A stretch of 64,000 nucleotides of DNA, taken from NCBI GenBank assembly GCA_016748015.1, contig JAAOMT010000040.1, positions 372,001 through 436,000 on the forward strand, given 5' to 3'. The notes beneath the pieces were generated by a model. The model saw only the letters and a program-made list of their open reading frames with translations. It did not search any database and had not been told where the DNA came from. The stretch comes from Geosiphon pyriformis uo1 (taxonomy: Eukaryota; Fungi; Glomeromycota). Every line of letters starts with the position of its first letter. Positions within the stretch are counted from its first letter, which is position 1. Of the stretch, positions 14,360 to 29,942 are shown piece after piece. The translations under genes and the position numbers were made by a program.

Positions 14360-16136
14360 TAAGTGAGGGGTAGAGACATTGAATGTGCACCTATACTATC
14401 CACTTTGGCCAAAAGGCCCAGAACCATTTCCATTAGACACTTCATGCTATCTTCCAGCTTAGACACCGAAAACATATCAAAAAACACCACTTCCATGACA
14501 GTCCCACCACTAGTGGACACACCCAAGCCCTCACTTATCACTACATCCACTCCTTGATCCTGTGATGAAGGGGTCACCAATGGCTGACATCTAGGACTAG
14601 GCTGGGGAACCATTGGTCCAAGTGCATCTAACCTCTTAGCCAGCTTACTAACTTGTTCAATGAGGCTGGCAAGACTGCGCTCAAGAGTGATGAACTTATT
14701 GTTGACCTCCATCGTAACTGGTAGGGACAGCTTCATCTCTGAAGAGGAGCCATTATTCAACAAAACATTCTGACTAGAGAAGAGGAGAGAAGAAAACCTG
14801 CAAGCAATCTTTGCCCAAGATAGACCACCAAAAAAGACTGGATGAGCAACTGGAGCTGAGCATTTGGCATAGATGGCTGCCAGCCTGCTTTTATCTGTGT
14901 CTGAAAAAGCCCTATGTGACGAATTACCAAAAGAAAATTTCCTACCAACTACACAACCCAATGATGTATGACCCAACTTTTCATACTTGGCATATTTAGC
15001 AGAAATGAGACAAGACTAGTGGAGATTGGTGTTTTTAAGTACTGGCATGGTTCCCATAGCAGCATTCAATAATTCAGCAGAGTCAAAACAAACAGCAGTG
15101 CACCTGGCCTGAGCATACATAACAGGATAATGGTCAATGATGCATGTTTTCCCACTCACAGATCTAACAAAGTCCCAGATATTATGAGCATTAGTTCCCA
15201 TTGGCAATGTGTAGAGCAGTGCTCTATGTCAATTTCTTGCATCCCACACCTTTTTGTCTGAATCAGCCCTAGCCACACATATAGCATCTTTCCTAATCAG
15301 AATAAACCACTCAGCTGCAACCAAATCAGCCTGATCCAATTGCTCAAAATCTACCACTGCCCAATTAATTGCATCTTGATCATCTTAACAACTCCAAACT
15401 TGAATAGTGGAGTGCACACAGCCTTAGCTGACGTTCTAATCAGAATTTTTTTTATGACTACAGCCTGATCTGACTGTCCAGAAGATTTTTTGAGATCGGT
15501 GTTTACTAGAATCTTCGCACTCACAGCCTTATCAGTAGCTTTCATTAGACTCGATTCGGAAGTGAATGTCGCTTTGATGATCCCTGAGAATTTTGAGGGG
15601 GTAAACGCTCCTCCAAAACCATTGATTCCAGAAAATAATTTCCTCACCACCATAAGCTTTTCTTGTGAAAATTTGCTGGCCACCTTATCCAAGCCAATAT
15701 CCAACACAAATGACTTCCTGACTGGAACATTGACCAAGTTTTTCATAGGAAGGGGGAGCTCAAGAGGAGCATCCGAGAGAACACCATCATCATCACTACT
15801 CTTTGAAAAATTAATCTTTCCCAACGGCTTGCCCAATACCTTCTTGGTTTTAACTTTTGAACTCATGGGTGTCTGATCATGATCTCCACCAGCCAGAACA
15901 TTACCTTCACCATAATCAAAGCTGGTTTCCTCCACCAGACACTCCTCTTCCATATTAACACTCTCAGATTCAGTAGTGTCCCCAGTCTCTGAACCCTATG
16001 AACAAACATTAGGAGCTTTAACAGCAACCCTTCTATTATCAACACCCTTTGTCAACACACTTCCCTTTCTCTTTTTTCTCGATACAACTGCCTTGAAACC
16101 ACTCTCAGAACCAAAAACTTTAATAGTCTTTTTCAT
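14359..16136 (-). pseudogene. LINE copy 2 ORF1
   Basis: ATG at 16136 is in frame with fragment 15351..15953; further fragments at 15016..15207 and 14359..14976. Degenerate knuckle (AKCQ..MGHTSLGC). Confidence 0.87.
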
Positions 16137-17919
16137 AACAACAATAACAAAGCCAATAGTGGCCTCGTAATTGAAGAACAGTTTTGATTTATCGTACTAA
16201 ATGGTAAAAAAACTTCTTTTGAAAAAACTTTTGACTCTTTTTTGGGAATTTTGGACAAAGCAGAGAAAGAAGTTTTTAATAAATTAAAGATATATTTTGT
16301 TGAATTTTTATATTTATGTAATTTTATTTATAATAATAATTATAAATTCAGATTTTTTGCTATTATTATTATATTAATAATAATAATTATAATTAATTTA
16401 GAATTGATTATCATTTTTATTGTTATTATAATATTAAAAAAACCAATATATAATTTGATTATTAATTAAGTATTTTTCTAATTTTTAATTAATAATAATA
16501 TTAAATTATTTTCCAATTTAAATAATTTATTTATTATTAAATTAACAACTTAAGCATAGTTGGTTTTTAATTTAGCCAATTCAAAATTTTTGGTTAATAT
16601 TATTGTAATTACTAAAATATGATAAAAACACTGTTTTAAAGACTTTAAATATATTGAATTTTATAATTAAATTTTAATACTATAAGTCTGTTATGTTTTA
16701 TAAAAAGTAAAAAATTATTTATAAAGTTTTAATATTGTTTTAATTATTGATAATAATAATTTTTTTATATTATTAAGCCATACTTAAATGGTATTTTTTT
16801 TATTAATAAACTTTTTAAGTTATATAATAAGTATATATATTATAAATATTACTAATAATAAAGATATATATATTAAAAATAATAAAAAAGTTTTTATAAT
16901 TAATAATAATAATAATAATAAATTTACTAGTATAATTAAGTTTAAAAACATTAAATTTGTTAAGTTAATTAGATTTGAAATTAATTCTAAAATTTGAATT
17001 ATTAAAATTTTAGTTATAATAGATTTAAAAATCAGATTTTTTTGAAGTTTGTTTTAATTTTTGTTTTTTTTGTTTAATTCAATATTTTTTTAATTATTAA
17101 TAAAACTGAATTTAAATCTAAAAATAGTAATTTTAATGTTAAAAATATAAATAACTATAATTAAAAATTTTTGAAATATCTTTTGTATTTTTTTAATAAA
17201 TTATTATTTTTAAAATAGCTTTAAAAGATAAATCTAAGATTTTTTGATTTTATAATAAATGTTGATATAATCCTTAACAAAATTTAAATAATATTGTTTA
17301 AAATATGATAATAGAATAGTTCTAATAGTAAAATAACTTTTGGTTTTTTTACTAAAATATAATTAATAGAAATTTTTTTTAAATATAATTATAACTTTTT
17401 GAATGAATTTTTGCTAATATATTCACAAAATTATAAGATTAATAATAATTAATATATTGTTTAATTTTATTATAAAACTCTGTTTTTATAGATTTTAAAT
17501 TAATTTTTTTTTTTAAATTGTATTTAATTTTATTAAAAAATATTAATAATTAAATTTAAATCTTTCTAAAAGTATTTATATAATAATTTATAAACTTTAA
17601 ATATTTAGTTTTTATAAACTCTAATTTTGTTATTTTGCTTGAATTTAATAGCACTTTTGTTCTTTGTAAATTAAATCTTACAAAAAATAACAAATATTAC
17701 AAATAATTAGATAGTATATTAATTTATAAGTTAATACTTTTATATTATAGAATAAATTTAAAAGTTAAAGTTATTTAAAAATTTTTAATTAAATTATTTG
17801 TATAATAAACAAAAATTCAATAATAATAGTAAATAACATTTGGTATTTGATTTTTTTAACATAATAATTACTTTTTTCTAATGATTTTATCTTTTTAATA
17901 AGTAATTTAATAAATTAAT

Positions 17920-18425
17920 TCTATATTTATTTTTGTGTTTTTTATTAAATAATTTTTAACATTATAATTTTAATGCTTTTTTTAAATTAATTAATAAACA
18001 AATAAAACACAACAAAAAATATATAAAATAAGAAAATAAAAACTAATATTTTGTTAATAGTTATGATTTATTGTTTTAATATTATTAATATTATTGTGTT
18101 AATATTATGATAATATTAACAATTTGAAAATTTTGAAAATTTAAAGATTTTAATAAATTAATTTTTTGTATAATAAACAATAATAATAAATAATATTTAA
18201 TATTTTATTTTTTAGTATAATAACTAATTTATTTTACTTTTTTAATAAACAATTTTAGTTTTTTAATTATTTTTTTATATTATTGTATTTTTTACCAAAA
18301 AAATTTTAATATTATAATCTTAATGTTTTTTTTAATTAATTAATAAACAAATAAATACAACAAAAAAATATAAAAAAATAAAATTTAGATTTTTGTTAAT
18401 AATTATAATTAAAAACTATTGTTTT
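17920..18425. repeat. Imperfect direct repeat of ~150 bp (copies at ~17920-18075 and ~18280-18425) in AT-rich relic DNA
   Basis: Shared core ttaatg.ttttttt.aattaattaataaacaaataaa.(c)acaacaaaaaatat. A related inverted copy seems to lie near 51385-51465. Confidence 0.5.
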
Positions 18426-19299
18426 AATATAATTGTTAATATAGTATCAATAATATTAATATTAATTTAATATAAATAAATTTTAATAAGATTAATATTA
18501 TTATTGATAAAACTTTTACTTTTTAAATTTTATCTATTTATTTAAGTATAATTATATATATATATTAGTCACTAATATTATATAATTTGTTAGTTTATTT
18601 TTAAAATAAATTATTGATATAATTATTGATTTTTTTTTATTGTATATAAGTAAAATATTTTAAAAATTGTAAAAAAGCATTTATATTTGAATTATATTCA
18701 AATTAATACAATAATATTAATTTTTTATTTCTTTTTTATTATTTTTATTATTTTTTTTTGATTTATATAATTGTTAGTTTTTATAAAGTATATTAAATAA
18801 ATATTTATTAAAAAATATAATTAATACTTGATATTAAATTCTAAAAACACTAATATAAAGCATAAAATTATATCAGTATATTATTTTTTATTAACAAAAC
18901 AGATTATTCCTTTACTTTTAAATTTTTTTGTTATTTTTTAAAAAAAATAGTGACCAAAATATTTATAAAACTGATTTTATATATTGAATTCTTACTAATT
19001 TAATTCACTTATTAAAATTAAATTACTTTTTTTATTATTTTATTATTATATAATATTGTTTTTTTTGCAGTTTATTAATTTAATTATAAATAAAAGTAGT
19101 GCTTTTTGTAAAGTCTTAAATTTTTAAATTATTTATTATTGTATGAGCAATTACTTTTTTTAACAATAAAAACACAAAATTATTTTATAATACACAATTA
19201 AAATAATCTAATTTATATTAAACTTAACTTTTTTTTATCTTATTTTATTTATTTATTAATTAAAAAACAGTTTAGTTGAAAATTTCAAGATTTTTGAAA

Positions 19300-21700
19300 T
19301 TGGTTTTTAATTAAATATTTAGCTAAAACTTACTTAATATATACTGTTTATTCTTTTAATTAAGCATATTTTAAAGAAAACTTTAAAATTTAAGACAATT
19401 ATATTAACTAATTATTATTTTCAGTTGTTTTTAGTCAACTTTTTTTTGAATTCGAAATTTTAAATTAACAAATTTATACTTAAATAAATATCTATTAACA
19501 AATTAAAACTTTCATAAAAACTAAGAATAAAAAAAGTTATTAAATAGTATCTGTTTTTAAATCTTTCTTAAGTAATTTAGACTCTTTATTCTGAATACTT
19601 ATTTCAGTTATGGCACAAAGTAAAGCAGATATTTTATTAGCTTTTTAAGACATTCAAACAGTATTAAATCAAAAAAACATAAATTTTTTATTTTTGTTTA
19701 GAAAAGACTTTTAAAACCCAATAAAATAACTTAAAAACTTTGAAAAAGCTACTATAGCAAATTAATACAATAATAAATATAAGTTTTCAATAGTGAAAAA
19801 ATATTTCTAAAAATTTTTTACTACATAATTTATCTAAAAAACCAATAATAAAGCTGCTTAACAAATAATTCAATAATTAATTAAGAACACTAACAAAATA
19901 CAATTTTTTTAACCATCAGATTTAAAAAAAATTTTATATTACAATTTTAATATTTAAATAGAAAATAAAATTAGAAAAAAAAATACAAAGTCTTGAAAAA
20001 AGTGGTACTGAATATTTTAAAACAATCAAAAAATTAATAAAATAGATTAACTTAAAAAGAAATTAAATAAAAGAACAGAAAATACATTTGTTTATAAAAA
20101 GATTAAAAACAAACTTATCCTATATTATATGGCCTTTTTTTATTATTAAAAATAATTCTATTTTGAATTCAACAATAGAAATAACACAAAAAATTAAAAA
20201 CAATTAATAAATACATTTAAAAAACATAATTTTTTCTTTTATAAGTGCTTTTATTTTTGTTTTTTTTCTTAATTGGCTTCTATATTATTTACTGCTTATA
20301 TTTAAAATCTAAATAAACAATTAATAAATAAATTAACAGCAAATTTTGCTCAATTTTTAAAACTATTAATTAGAACAGTCTAAAAAAATCAAAAATTTTA
20401 AAAACTTTAATATTAATTTTATTATAATTAATTACAACAGTTTTAATATAATCTGAGACTTAAAAAACAAAATTTTTTGGTTTGTTATTAATGTAAAAAT
20501 ATTGGCTACTTAATACGAAATTGTAATAATCTTTTAATGTTTTCTCTAATTTTAAGAAATAATAATCAGTTAAACAACAAAACTAATAATAATTAAAACT
20601 CTAATCCAAGTACAAATTAGGCCTATTTAAATTTTTTTGAAGAAGATATTTTAGTTAAAGCAATAAAATATTAGTTTTTAAATTGATAGACACATTTTTT
20701 AAAAATAAGAATACAAGCCAAGAAGAAAAAAATTCTTTATTTAGTTTTAATATAATAAATAATAACAAAAAAATGCAAAAAAATAGTAGCAAGTTATTAA
20801 GTTACACTAGATTTAAGAAACAAAAAGTGGAATTTGACTTAAATTTCAATATTATTGTTTTAATATCTAATAACAAAGATGAAATCTTAAAAATTAAAAC
20901 TATAAAAAATTATTTAAAAATCAGATTCTTATTCAATTGTAAAAAATTTGATAGAAAAATTTGTCTATATTACTTTTAATTAGTTTATAACATATTTTTA
21001 ATTTTGAAAAGATATTAAAAAATTACTAATACTCAAAAACAACAGCTTAAAATCAATAAATATCTTTAATAAATAGCATTAGCTCTTAATAATAATGTTA
21101 CTTTTCTTATTTATAAGGCTTAAATTATTAATTATTATATAAATTTAATATTAAATAGTGACTTATTAATTAGTATTATAGTTTAATACTTTTTAAATAC
21201 AATTAAAAAAAATAATAAATTCTCAACTTAACTTATAACTAATGTTTATAGAAACAAAAAAAATTTAAGAATTATTAAAGCTATTTCTATTCAAATTAAT
21301 AAAGTTTGTATAAAAACTAATATAGAAGTATTAAAAGCAAAAAATTATATTATAATTATTGAAAACAAATAGTTAAAGAAAACAAAAGCTTTTTTTGACT
21401 ATAAACTTTGTAAATTTATAATTCAAAGTAAATTCTAATTAATTGTAGTTAAATATTATTATTAGATTGTTTTTTTTGCTATAATCTAACAACAATAACA
21501 AAATAGTAATAATAATAACTTTAATAATTCTGAAAACTTTAAAAAAAAAAGATGAAAAAAAAATAAAAAAACCAAATTAGCTTTTACTACTTTTAATAAT
21601 AATAATAATTCTTTAAACAATATACAAATTAATAGCAAAAAATTAATTATTAATGAAAAAATAATTTATTGTCTATATTATAATATGCTTAAAAAGATGT
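19300..21700 (+). mobile_element. Highly eroded gag-protease relic of a third Gypsy family
   Basis: From ATG 19610: MAQSKADILLAF*DIQTVL...*LKNFEKATIAN*Y (retrotransposon gag-like). Aspartic protease relic INLILNSDLLISII (from LILDSG) at ~21140-21180. Cut off by the LTR at 21701. Confidence 0.65.
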
Positions 21701-24283
21701 TATTACTAAAAATTTTTGGTTTTTTTCTTAAATATTATTAATATTGTTTTGTTGTTAATTCTTAATTATTAAAAACTGTTGAACTTTTGATAAATAAATT
21801 TATCTTTAAATTATCTTTTATAATTTAAACTGCTAAATTTATAAATAGAATAACCAATTTTATACCAGTTATTTATATAGTTATTTTACAATAAAAATCA
21901 ACTTTTTTTAAGAAATACTTATCTAAAAGCTTATTAAAATATGTAGTTACTTTGCTATAAAAGTTAACTTTTCTACAAAAATTTTATTTGTAAACTATCT
22001 TAATATGTATATTAAAAAAATAAAAGAAATTTTATCAAGAAAATTATCTTCTGTTTAGGCCTAAAATTATTAACAGATTATTAAAATTAATAGTTAATTA
22101 ATTTCAAAATATTAGTTGAAATTCAAGAAATTTCAAGTAAAATAATTATAAATTGTTGTTTTTAATATAGTTTTTATTAGAGTAATTTGTATAAATATTA
22201 AGAAAATATTTTTAGTAAAGATAAATTTTAGCTGAAATATTTTTTTTTGAAAAGAAAAGTTTTATTTTTATACAACTTTTTATAATATTAGTCTCTAAAC
22301 TAAACTTTTTTTTTGTTATAATTTCGACAAATTAAAGATATATTTTAACAAACTACAAGTTGTTTTTACAAACTATGAATTATTTTAATAAATTATTAAA
22401 ATATTTTGTGAATTTTTACAAAATTTGGCAAATTTTTAACTGTTATAAAGATTAAAGTTTTGCATGATTTGATTATTGTCTTTGTGTATTTTACAAATTA
22501 GATTATTAATTAAATAGTAATATTTAATAATTTAATTAATTAATAAGTAATAATTAAAACAATAATAATATATGTTAACTAATAAGAATAATTTTATATT
22601 AATTAATAACTAAAATTTTATTGATAATATAATCTTCTTCTTAAGACTGAATTCTATTAAAATTCAAATACTATCTGTAATATTTAGATAATAATCCAGA
22701 ATTATTGAAATAATTTGGTCTAAAAATTGTTAAAATTTTTATTTTGTAAGCTTGTCAATATATTATTATTGGTTAAAGTATTAGATTTTGTAGGATATTT
22801 TTGCAAATATTAAATAAGTTTTAAAGTCTAAAAGCTATTTTAAATCTGTAGTAAATATTTGTTGATCTAGTTGTTGTCTTGAATTCATTGTATATTTGTT
22901 TTTATACTGCTTTAAAAGTAAAATTGGTTGTTTTAAGTTCCAGTTTTTGTTGGTAAAGTGTTTTTTTAATTTGAAAGTATTAATAAATAGAAGTATTTAC
23001 TATTTTTATTAAGATATAATAAAGTTTTTGTTGTATTGTAATATTTAAAAAAATGTTTATAAGAATAAACAATAGGTTTTTTTTAAAGCTTGCTTCAAAA
23101 GTTTTGGTAAATAAATTTCAAAATAATTCTTTGTGTTTCTTCTATAAGAATAATAATTTTGAGATTATTTATTACTAAAAATATAGTTTTTTTTTAAATA
23201 TAATTAATTTAACTTTTATTAATTATTATGTATAAGTCAAAAAGTGTTTTTAAAGCTAATATTAATTTTTGGAATATTTATTAAACGTTTTAAAGAATAA
23301 TTATTATAAAATTTTGAAAAAAAATAATAATAAAACTTTGTAAAAAAAGAAAAAAAAATTTTTGTTATAGAAGTTTTTATATATTTTTAATTTGAGTATT
23401 TTTTTAGTAATTATTTCTTATTTTTGTTTAATATTTTTGTGTTTTTTTTGAAAAAAATACTAATATAAAATAAAATAAATATTCAATTTTAATTGTTGGT
23501 TTATTATAATTATTAATTCTAAGTTTTAGAAAATATTTTCGAAATTAATTAAAGAGAAATATATACCAATTTGTGAAATTAATAATTTAAAATTGGTTTT
23601 AAAGTAATAGTATTTTAATTAATTTTTGTGTGCAACTTTTGCTAAAATTTTGTTATTAAGTCTTAATTTATATAATTTATTGTCTAAAACTTTGTAAATA
23701 TAAAATGATCTATTCTATTTATGTTTAAATTTTTTATTCCATTGTTTTTTAGTCTTAGTTTTGTGTAAGAAAACTTTGTTTCCAATTTAAAATTTATTGG
23801 TAGTAAGTAGTAGTTTGTTATCATGCTATTTTTTTTATTAAGCTTAAAAATATTTAATATAGGTGGTTATAATTTATTACTTTTTTTCCAAAGTACTAAG
23901 AAGAATATATGCTCTTTGTTAAAGTTTCTTTTGAAAGTTTTTTTCTGTAATTAGTTGTATTGAGTAGATTTTTATTATAAAACTAATTGGTAATATTACT
24001 GTTCTCTTATAAATTAGGTTAAATAGTGTGTGTTTTATTGTATCTTACTTTAGTATTCTATATACTAGTAATACTAATAAAATAAAAATATCTTATTTCT
24101 GTTGAAAATTTGGTTAATAATTTACATAATATTCTGTTAAATTATTCTACAAGTTTATTTGTTTGTAGATAATAAAATAAGAAAAGTGGTCTTTTAATAT
24201 TAAATTATTTATAAATTTTTTGTATTAAGTTGTTTACAAAATGTGTTTCTTAATTAAATAAAAATTTAATTAGACATTTGTGT

Positions 24284-25261
24284 TGTTACTTAAGTAGAAA
24301 AACCGATTTAAAGTTATAAAAAAACATAACCAAAATGTGACATAATACAGAATAGCACACAATAACATTGAATAATATATTATAACTTAGAATAATGCAG
24401 AATAATGTGTTATAATGTAGGATAACACAGAATAATATATAATAATACCAGATAACATATTATAACATAGAATAACTAAAAATAACATAGAAAAATAAAA
24501 CAATTACAGAAATAGCAAAGCAATAGTTAGCAATAACAGAACAATCAGAAGCAATTTTGTAGAACAAAAAAAATGTATAAAATAAGTAGCTATAGAAATT
24601 AAAAAGACATCTAGAGAGAAAATTAGACTTTTAAAAGTTAATTAGACTCACAGGTCATAATTATTAAATACTTCTCCTTTCAAGGATAGTTGCTATTAAC
24701 CAAAATGGAATTATATTAATAAAATATCTCTTCAATTCTTTAAATTCATGTTATTATCCACTTAATCTGCTGGCACAATAGTTTTTGATTATGGTTATTG
24801 ACAAGACACTTATTTCTTATTTTATTTTCTTTATTTCTTTATTTCTTTTATTTTTTATTATTTTTTATTATTTTTTATTTTTCTTTTGTGGAGCAGCAAC
24901 ATAAAAAAATTGACTGTCTAGGAATAGATTTCGTAATAGCCTAGTAAAAATAAGAGGCTCTTCCTAAGTTTTGGATATTAACATTATCTTGTTAGCTTAC
25001 CAAAAGGGCAAAAAAACAATGCCAGATCCTAACAACTGTGCTCATTAGTTTAGAAAAAATGGCTCACATTTATAAGAAGTTGCAATCAGCAAAAGCCAAA
25101 CCTCTGTGCCTTATAACCAAAAAACTCAACAGGTAAATTGACATCCAGAAAAAACCTTTAGAGACTGATAAACATCAACCCTGTAAAAAACATACAACTT
25201 TAGAACACTAAATTAGAGCACTAAATATTACCATTATACTCCACTAAGTTTATCCATAATA
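24284..25261 (+). mobile_element. Solo LTR inserted in the integrase of element A
   Basis: TGTTAC...ATAATA ends; GTGT TSD (24280-24283 and 25262-25265). The integrase reading (..IIYRH|KCL..THFVN) rejoins on removal. Internal 10-bp tandem repeats (aataacacag-like) at ~24340-24500. Orientation assigned by analogy to the young LTR. Confidence 0.85.
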
Positions 25262-28200
25262 GTGTCTATATATAATATTTTTATAAATAAAATTTGCTAT
25301 TAATTTTGTATCTGTTTGTTGAATGGCTTTGGTTTCAAGTTATTTGGTAAAATAGTCTATTGTAATTACAATATAATAATTTTTTTAAGTTGTAATAAGT
25401 AATAATTTGATTAAATTAATATCAATTCTGTTAAAATTTATTTAACTTTGATTAGATTTAAAAGTTCAATAGGGCGAATTTCTTCTTTTTTTTGATAATT
25501 ATTATAAGATTTTACATATTGCTAAATGTTTTTTTGCATGTAAGTAGCAACTACATTAAACATAACAATTTTAGAATACTATTAGTTAATTTATGATTTA
25601 AAATTTAAGATAAAATTACAGCTTTTAAAAAAACACTTCTTTAATACATTAAAAACTGAATTAATAATTATCTCTTTGAAAACTACAATATTACAAAAAT
25701 CAAGTAAAATCTTTTTAAAAATCTTAATTACTATTCAAATAAAGATTCAAAAAATATTAATATTAATAATTACATTACTTATTTTAAAAAACTTAATTAC
25801 AATATTATTAAATTTTGTGAAACAAATATTTTGCCAACTTATAATTTATTTTTAAACTTGTATTTAAATTTAAAATAAGCAGCAAAAACAAAAAAAAACA
25901 CCTGACCAGTTTATATAATGCCCAATATATTAAAAACAATTTTTCAATACATATAAACATTTAAAATAAGAGCCAGTTTTAAATTACTATTTTTAATTAT
26001 ATCTTTCTTAACTTTGCTTGCTTAAATTCAAATTCTAAATTTACTGCTTATTTAATTTTTTAAACCAGAAAATTTTACATTATCAAAAAGTTTTACCCAA
26101 TAGCCAAAATCAATATTTACTAATGCCAATTTTTTTGATTACTTAGTAGAAAATCAAAATAATTATTTCAAAAACTTAGATAATAAAAAAAATATTTTGA
26201 ATTTATTGAGAAAGAAATTACTAAAAACAAAAACATTAAAGAAATAACAACTATTTATATTGCAAAAATTCTTAAATTAACTGGTAAAAATATTGACACC
26301 AGTTCCCAAGAATGATTTAACAAAGTTTTAAAAGCAGGAAATACAAATGAATAGAATATAGCAAAAATGCTTAAAGCTATTTTTTATTTTCTTTAGAAAA
26401 CAGCCAAAAAATGATTTAAAAACTTGAACAGTTTATTTGAAAATTGACAAGCATTTAAAAATGCTTTCCTAAACCAGTTTATTAACAAAAATACTTTTAT
26501 TACTCTTTGAAATAAATTCTAAAACATCAAGCAAAAACTCTTTAAATCTGTTATAATTATTTTAAGAAATTTAACAAACTTCTTAGATGAATTTACCAAC
26601 TAAAAATTAACAAATATTATTCCAATGCTTATATTTTGAATTAATTTATTGCAGAATTAAAAAATAAACTTATCAAAAAAGTTTACTTATATGTTTTAAA
26701 AAATTTAGCCATTGCTATTTAATATACCAAAGCTTATAAAATAGTAATAAAAAAAGCTAATCACATTAAACTTGTCAACTTTGCAATTAAAAAAACCAGC
26801 TTAATAGTTAAAAAAAAAATTAACCAATTGACCAAAAAAGTTGAAAACTATTTTATTAACCAATAGCAACAAAAATACCAGTTTCTATAATATTAAAATC
26901 AAGAAAGTTTTATATTATTCTCTAATAATTAATTTTAAAATTGTTATTATTGTGAAATTTTAGAATACTAGAAACAATATTATAGAAAAATACAAAGAGA
27001 CCAATAGCAAAAGAATAATTAACATTATTTCTAACTATAATAGTTCTATTATTAATTACTGTTATCAGTCTATTATCTATCAACATTCCAATATTAAAAC
27101 AACTATTATTAACTTGTTTTGCAGTCAATATAACAACAATATCAGCAATCTTTATAGATTTAATAATATCAATTTCTATTCACTCAATAATACCAAGTAT
27201 TTACTAGAAGTTTGGTTTAGCTCAACCAAATTTGCATCACAAAATCAGTTCTTAATAAACAACAACAGAGTTAATTTTAATAACCAATTGATTTTCCAAA
27301 AATTTTCAAAGCAAAAACCCAATTATTTCTATATTTAATCTAGCTATTTAATAATATCTAAAAAACAAAATTTTTAGCAAACTGTACTTTTTAAAAGTAA
27401 AGCTATAATACTAAAACCAAATTTTTTTAACAACATAATCCTATTAGCAAAGATTATTAAAAACACCAATTTTTTAAATATCTTTTTTTTTGAATTTGAA
27501 ATCAATAAATTACTATTCTTACTTAGCAATGCAGTAATAACAGAATAAAAAACAATTACTGCAATATATATTAAAACTAAAATAAAAAGAAAATCAATTT
27601 ATTTAATTCTAAATAGTAGATTAGTTAAAAGTATTATTACTTATCAATTGATATAACAGCTTCAACAAAATTTTAATAAACCAGTTTAAATAGTTATTAT
27701 TATAACTAATAAGATAAAAAAACATTAATAAGAAAAATTAACAACTTTTTATTCATAATTAATAGAATTATTATTTCAGTCAAAGTGTTAATCATAGATA
27801 TACTCTAATATTAAGCTCTGGTTAAAAATGATTGGCTTTTTAAAGCCAATACAAACTTAGATTAAAAAACCTAAAAATTAAAAATCTTATATTAAAAACA
27901 AAATATTAAAGTACTTATTACTTGTAATATATTTAACAAATAATTAGAAAAAGCTTTTGTATTTAAATTTAAAAAAAGAAAAGAAAAACCAATTTTTAAA
28001 ACTTATATGGCTCTTGGATCAACATCTGATTAAAAAAAACTGAACAGCTATTTAATATATTTATATTATAATTAATATTATCATAATTCAAAAAAACCAA
28101 TTAATAATCTATTTTTATTATTAAATCAATTAAGAGTTAGTATGTTTTATATTCAAAACCAGAACCAAAAAAACAATCATCTTATATTTTACTCAAATAC

Positions 28201-28944
28201 AAAGATTGTAACAAAAAACTTTTATCTATAAAAATTTATATATCATTAAAGAAAAAATATAAAATTTACATCTGTTATTACTGCAAAGTCTATTACTAAA
28301 AACGATTTGGTAATCCAAAACAAAAAATAAAACAATATATTTTGTCTTATTTATGAAAAATTACTACTTAAGGAATACAATTGAATTAATATTTTAATGA
28401 AAAAAAGAGTCTGTAATCAAACTTGTCAATATATTTTATCAATTGCAAAAAAAGTCAGTAGAGAAACTTTTTTTAATACAATATATAACAATATTCTTAA
28501 CAAATTTTACTATTATTTATACAATACTGAAATAATTTATAAATTAACAATAATTCTAATTAACAAAAAAACTTAAAAAGACATTTGTTAAATAAAAAAA
28601 TCTGAATACATTATATATATCTTCAAAATTACTAAATACAACTACAAAAATAAAGTAAAAATCTATTACCAAATTACAAATCATGTTTATTTGATATTAC
28701 CAAAAGATTTTCACGTTTTTTAATACAAAAATTACAATATATACAATGAAAATTAGCATTAAAATTATGCAAAAAGACTTATATTATCACACTTAATTAA
28801 TAAAATCAACTGGCAATCTGAAAATAAATAATCAACAATCAGTCTAATTACAATAAAAAATTATAACATAATCTAACAGTTTAACTAAAATAAATACAAA
28901 GAAATCTTAACAAACTAAAAACACCAATAAAAATAAATAATTGA

Positions 28945-29942
28945 TGTACATAATTTAATAACAACAAATTTTGTTATGCTCTAAAATTCTTATATGCTTT
29001 TATTAAAACAATCTAATATTACAAATTTGCAATTAATAATTAAAAATTGTTACCAAAAAATGTAATTAATTGATCTACTTTTAATTATGTTAATCATAAT
29101 TACAATTAATATTATTAAGTTATAATTAACATTTTAAATCTAGCTATTTAAATTTAATTATCTAAATTATTAGCTCTTAAAAAATTAATATGTTGAGTAA
29201 ATTTATTATAAATTAATTAATTTAATTTATATAAATAATTAATATATTTTAAGTAGTTTTAATATAATATATAGATCTAATGTAATTTAGCTATATATAC
29301 AGTTTTTTTGTTAACTCAAAAAAGTATTAGTTCAATACTAATTCAATTTTTTGCTATAGTTTTATAGTGAGCAATTTGTTTTTTTTTATATCTTATCTTT
29401 TTTTTTATGCTCTAAATATTTGTTATATTTCTTATTACTATTTAAAATCATATTATTTACGATTTTTTACATATTTGTTATTACTATTTCAAGTTTTTAT
29501 TATTTCTATTTTTTAAAATTATGTATTATTACCATTTTATATTATATTTTATTTTACTGAACAAGTTATTAAATCTTAAATAAGTAATAAAATATTATAT
29601 TGTTAAAAAATAGTTTTAACAATAAAATTTAATTAAAAACTATTTCAGTTATGCTTTGTTTTTACAATTTTTTATTATTTATATAGCTTTGTTTTTAAAG
29701 CTGAGCATTTAAACACCACACTTTTTCAACAACTAATTGCAAAAATTCTGGTTACAATTTTATTAAGTAGTTTGGAATCTTTTTTGTTACTAGTTGTATT
29801 TTGAATTTATATAAAAAAATGTGACTTCATTTTTTTTTAATAATATATTAAGCTGGTTTTTGTCTAAAAACAAATAATAATGATAATACTTTCTTTTGCT
29901 TTTAATAACTTTACCAATTACCTTTTTTTACTTTTTTATACA
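28945..29942. mobile_element. Probable solo LTR (~1 kb) inserted in the pol of element A
   Basis: TGTACA...TATACA termini; TTGA TSD (28941-28944 and 29943-29946). Coding-like relic resumes on both sides. Confidence 0.7.

Larger units (their letters stand above)
9545..16280 (-). mobile_element. Full-length degenerate LINE copy 2 with 3' UTR and A/(AAT)-rich tail
   Basis: Same domain order as copy 1 (GGDFNE, LQNMRKAYDSV, AFVDNT, VYTDGL, KVKSHSG, CLYCGEIEVSDH). 3' UTR at 9565-9679; tail at ~9545-9565. Retains more CpG than copy 1. Confidence 0.95.

Noticed and set aside
1712-16170. Many plus-strand ORFs of 60-130 aa over the LINEs
   Set aside because: Antisense shadows of ORF1/ORF2 with no independent motifs.
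16242-20979. Short I/N/K/F-rich ORFs in AT-rich DNA (also 26922, 48336, 52977, 55361, 55872, 59892)
   Set aside because: Compositional artefacts or fragments of eroded TEs and microsatellites.
24340-24500. Regularly spaced short repeats as a CRISPR-like array (also 35058-35230)
   Set aside because: Tandem 9-10-mers without unique spacers, located inside LTRs.
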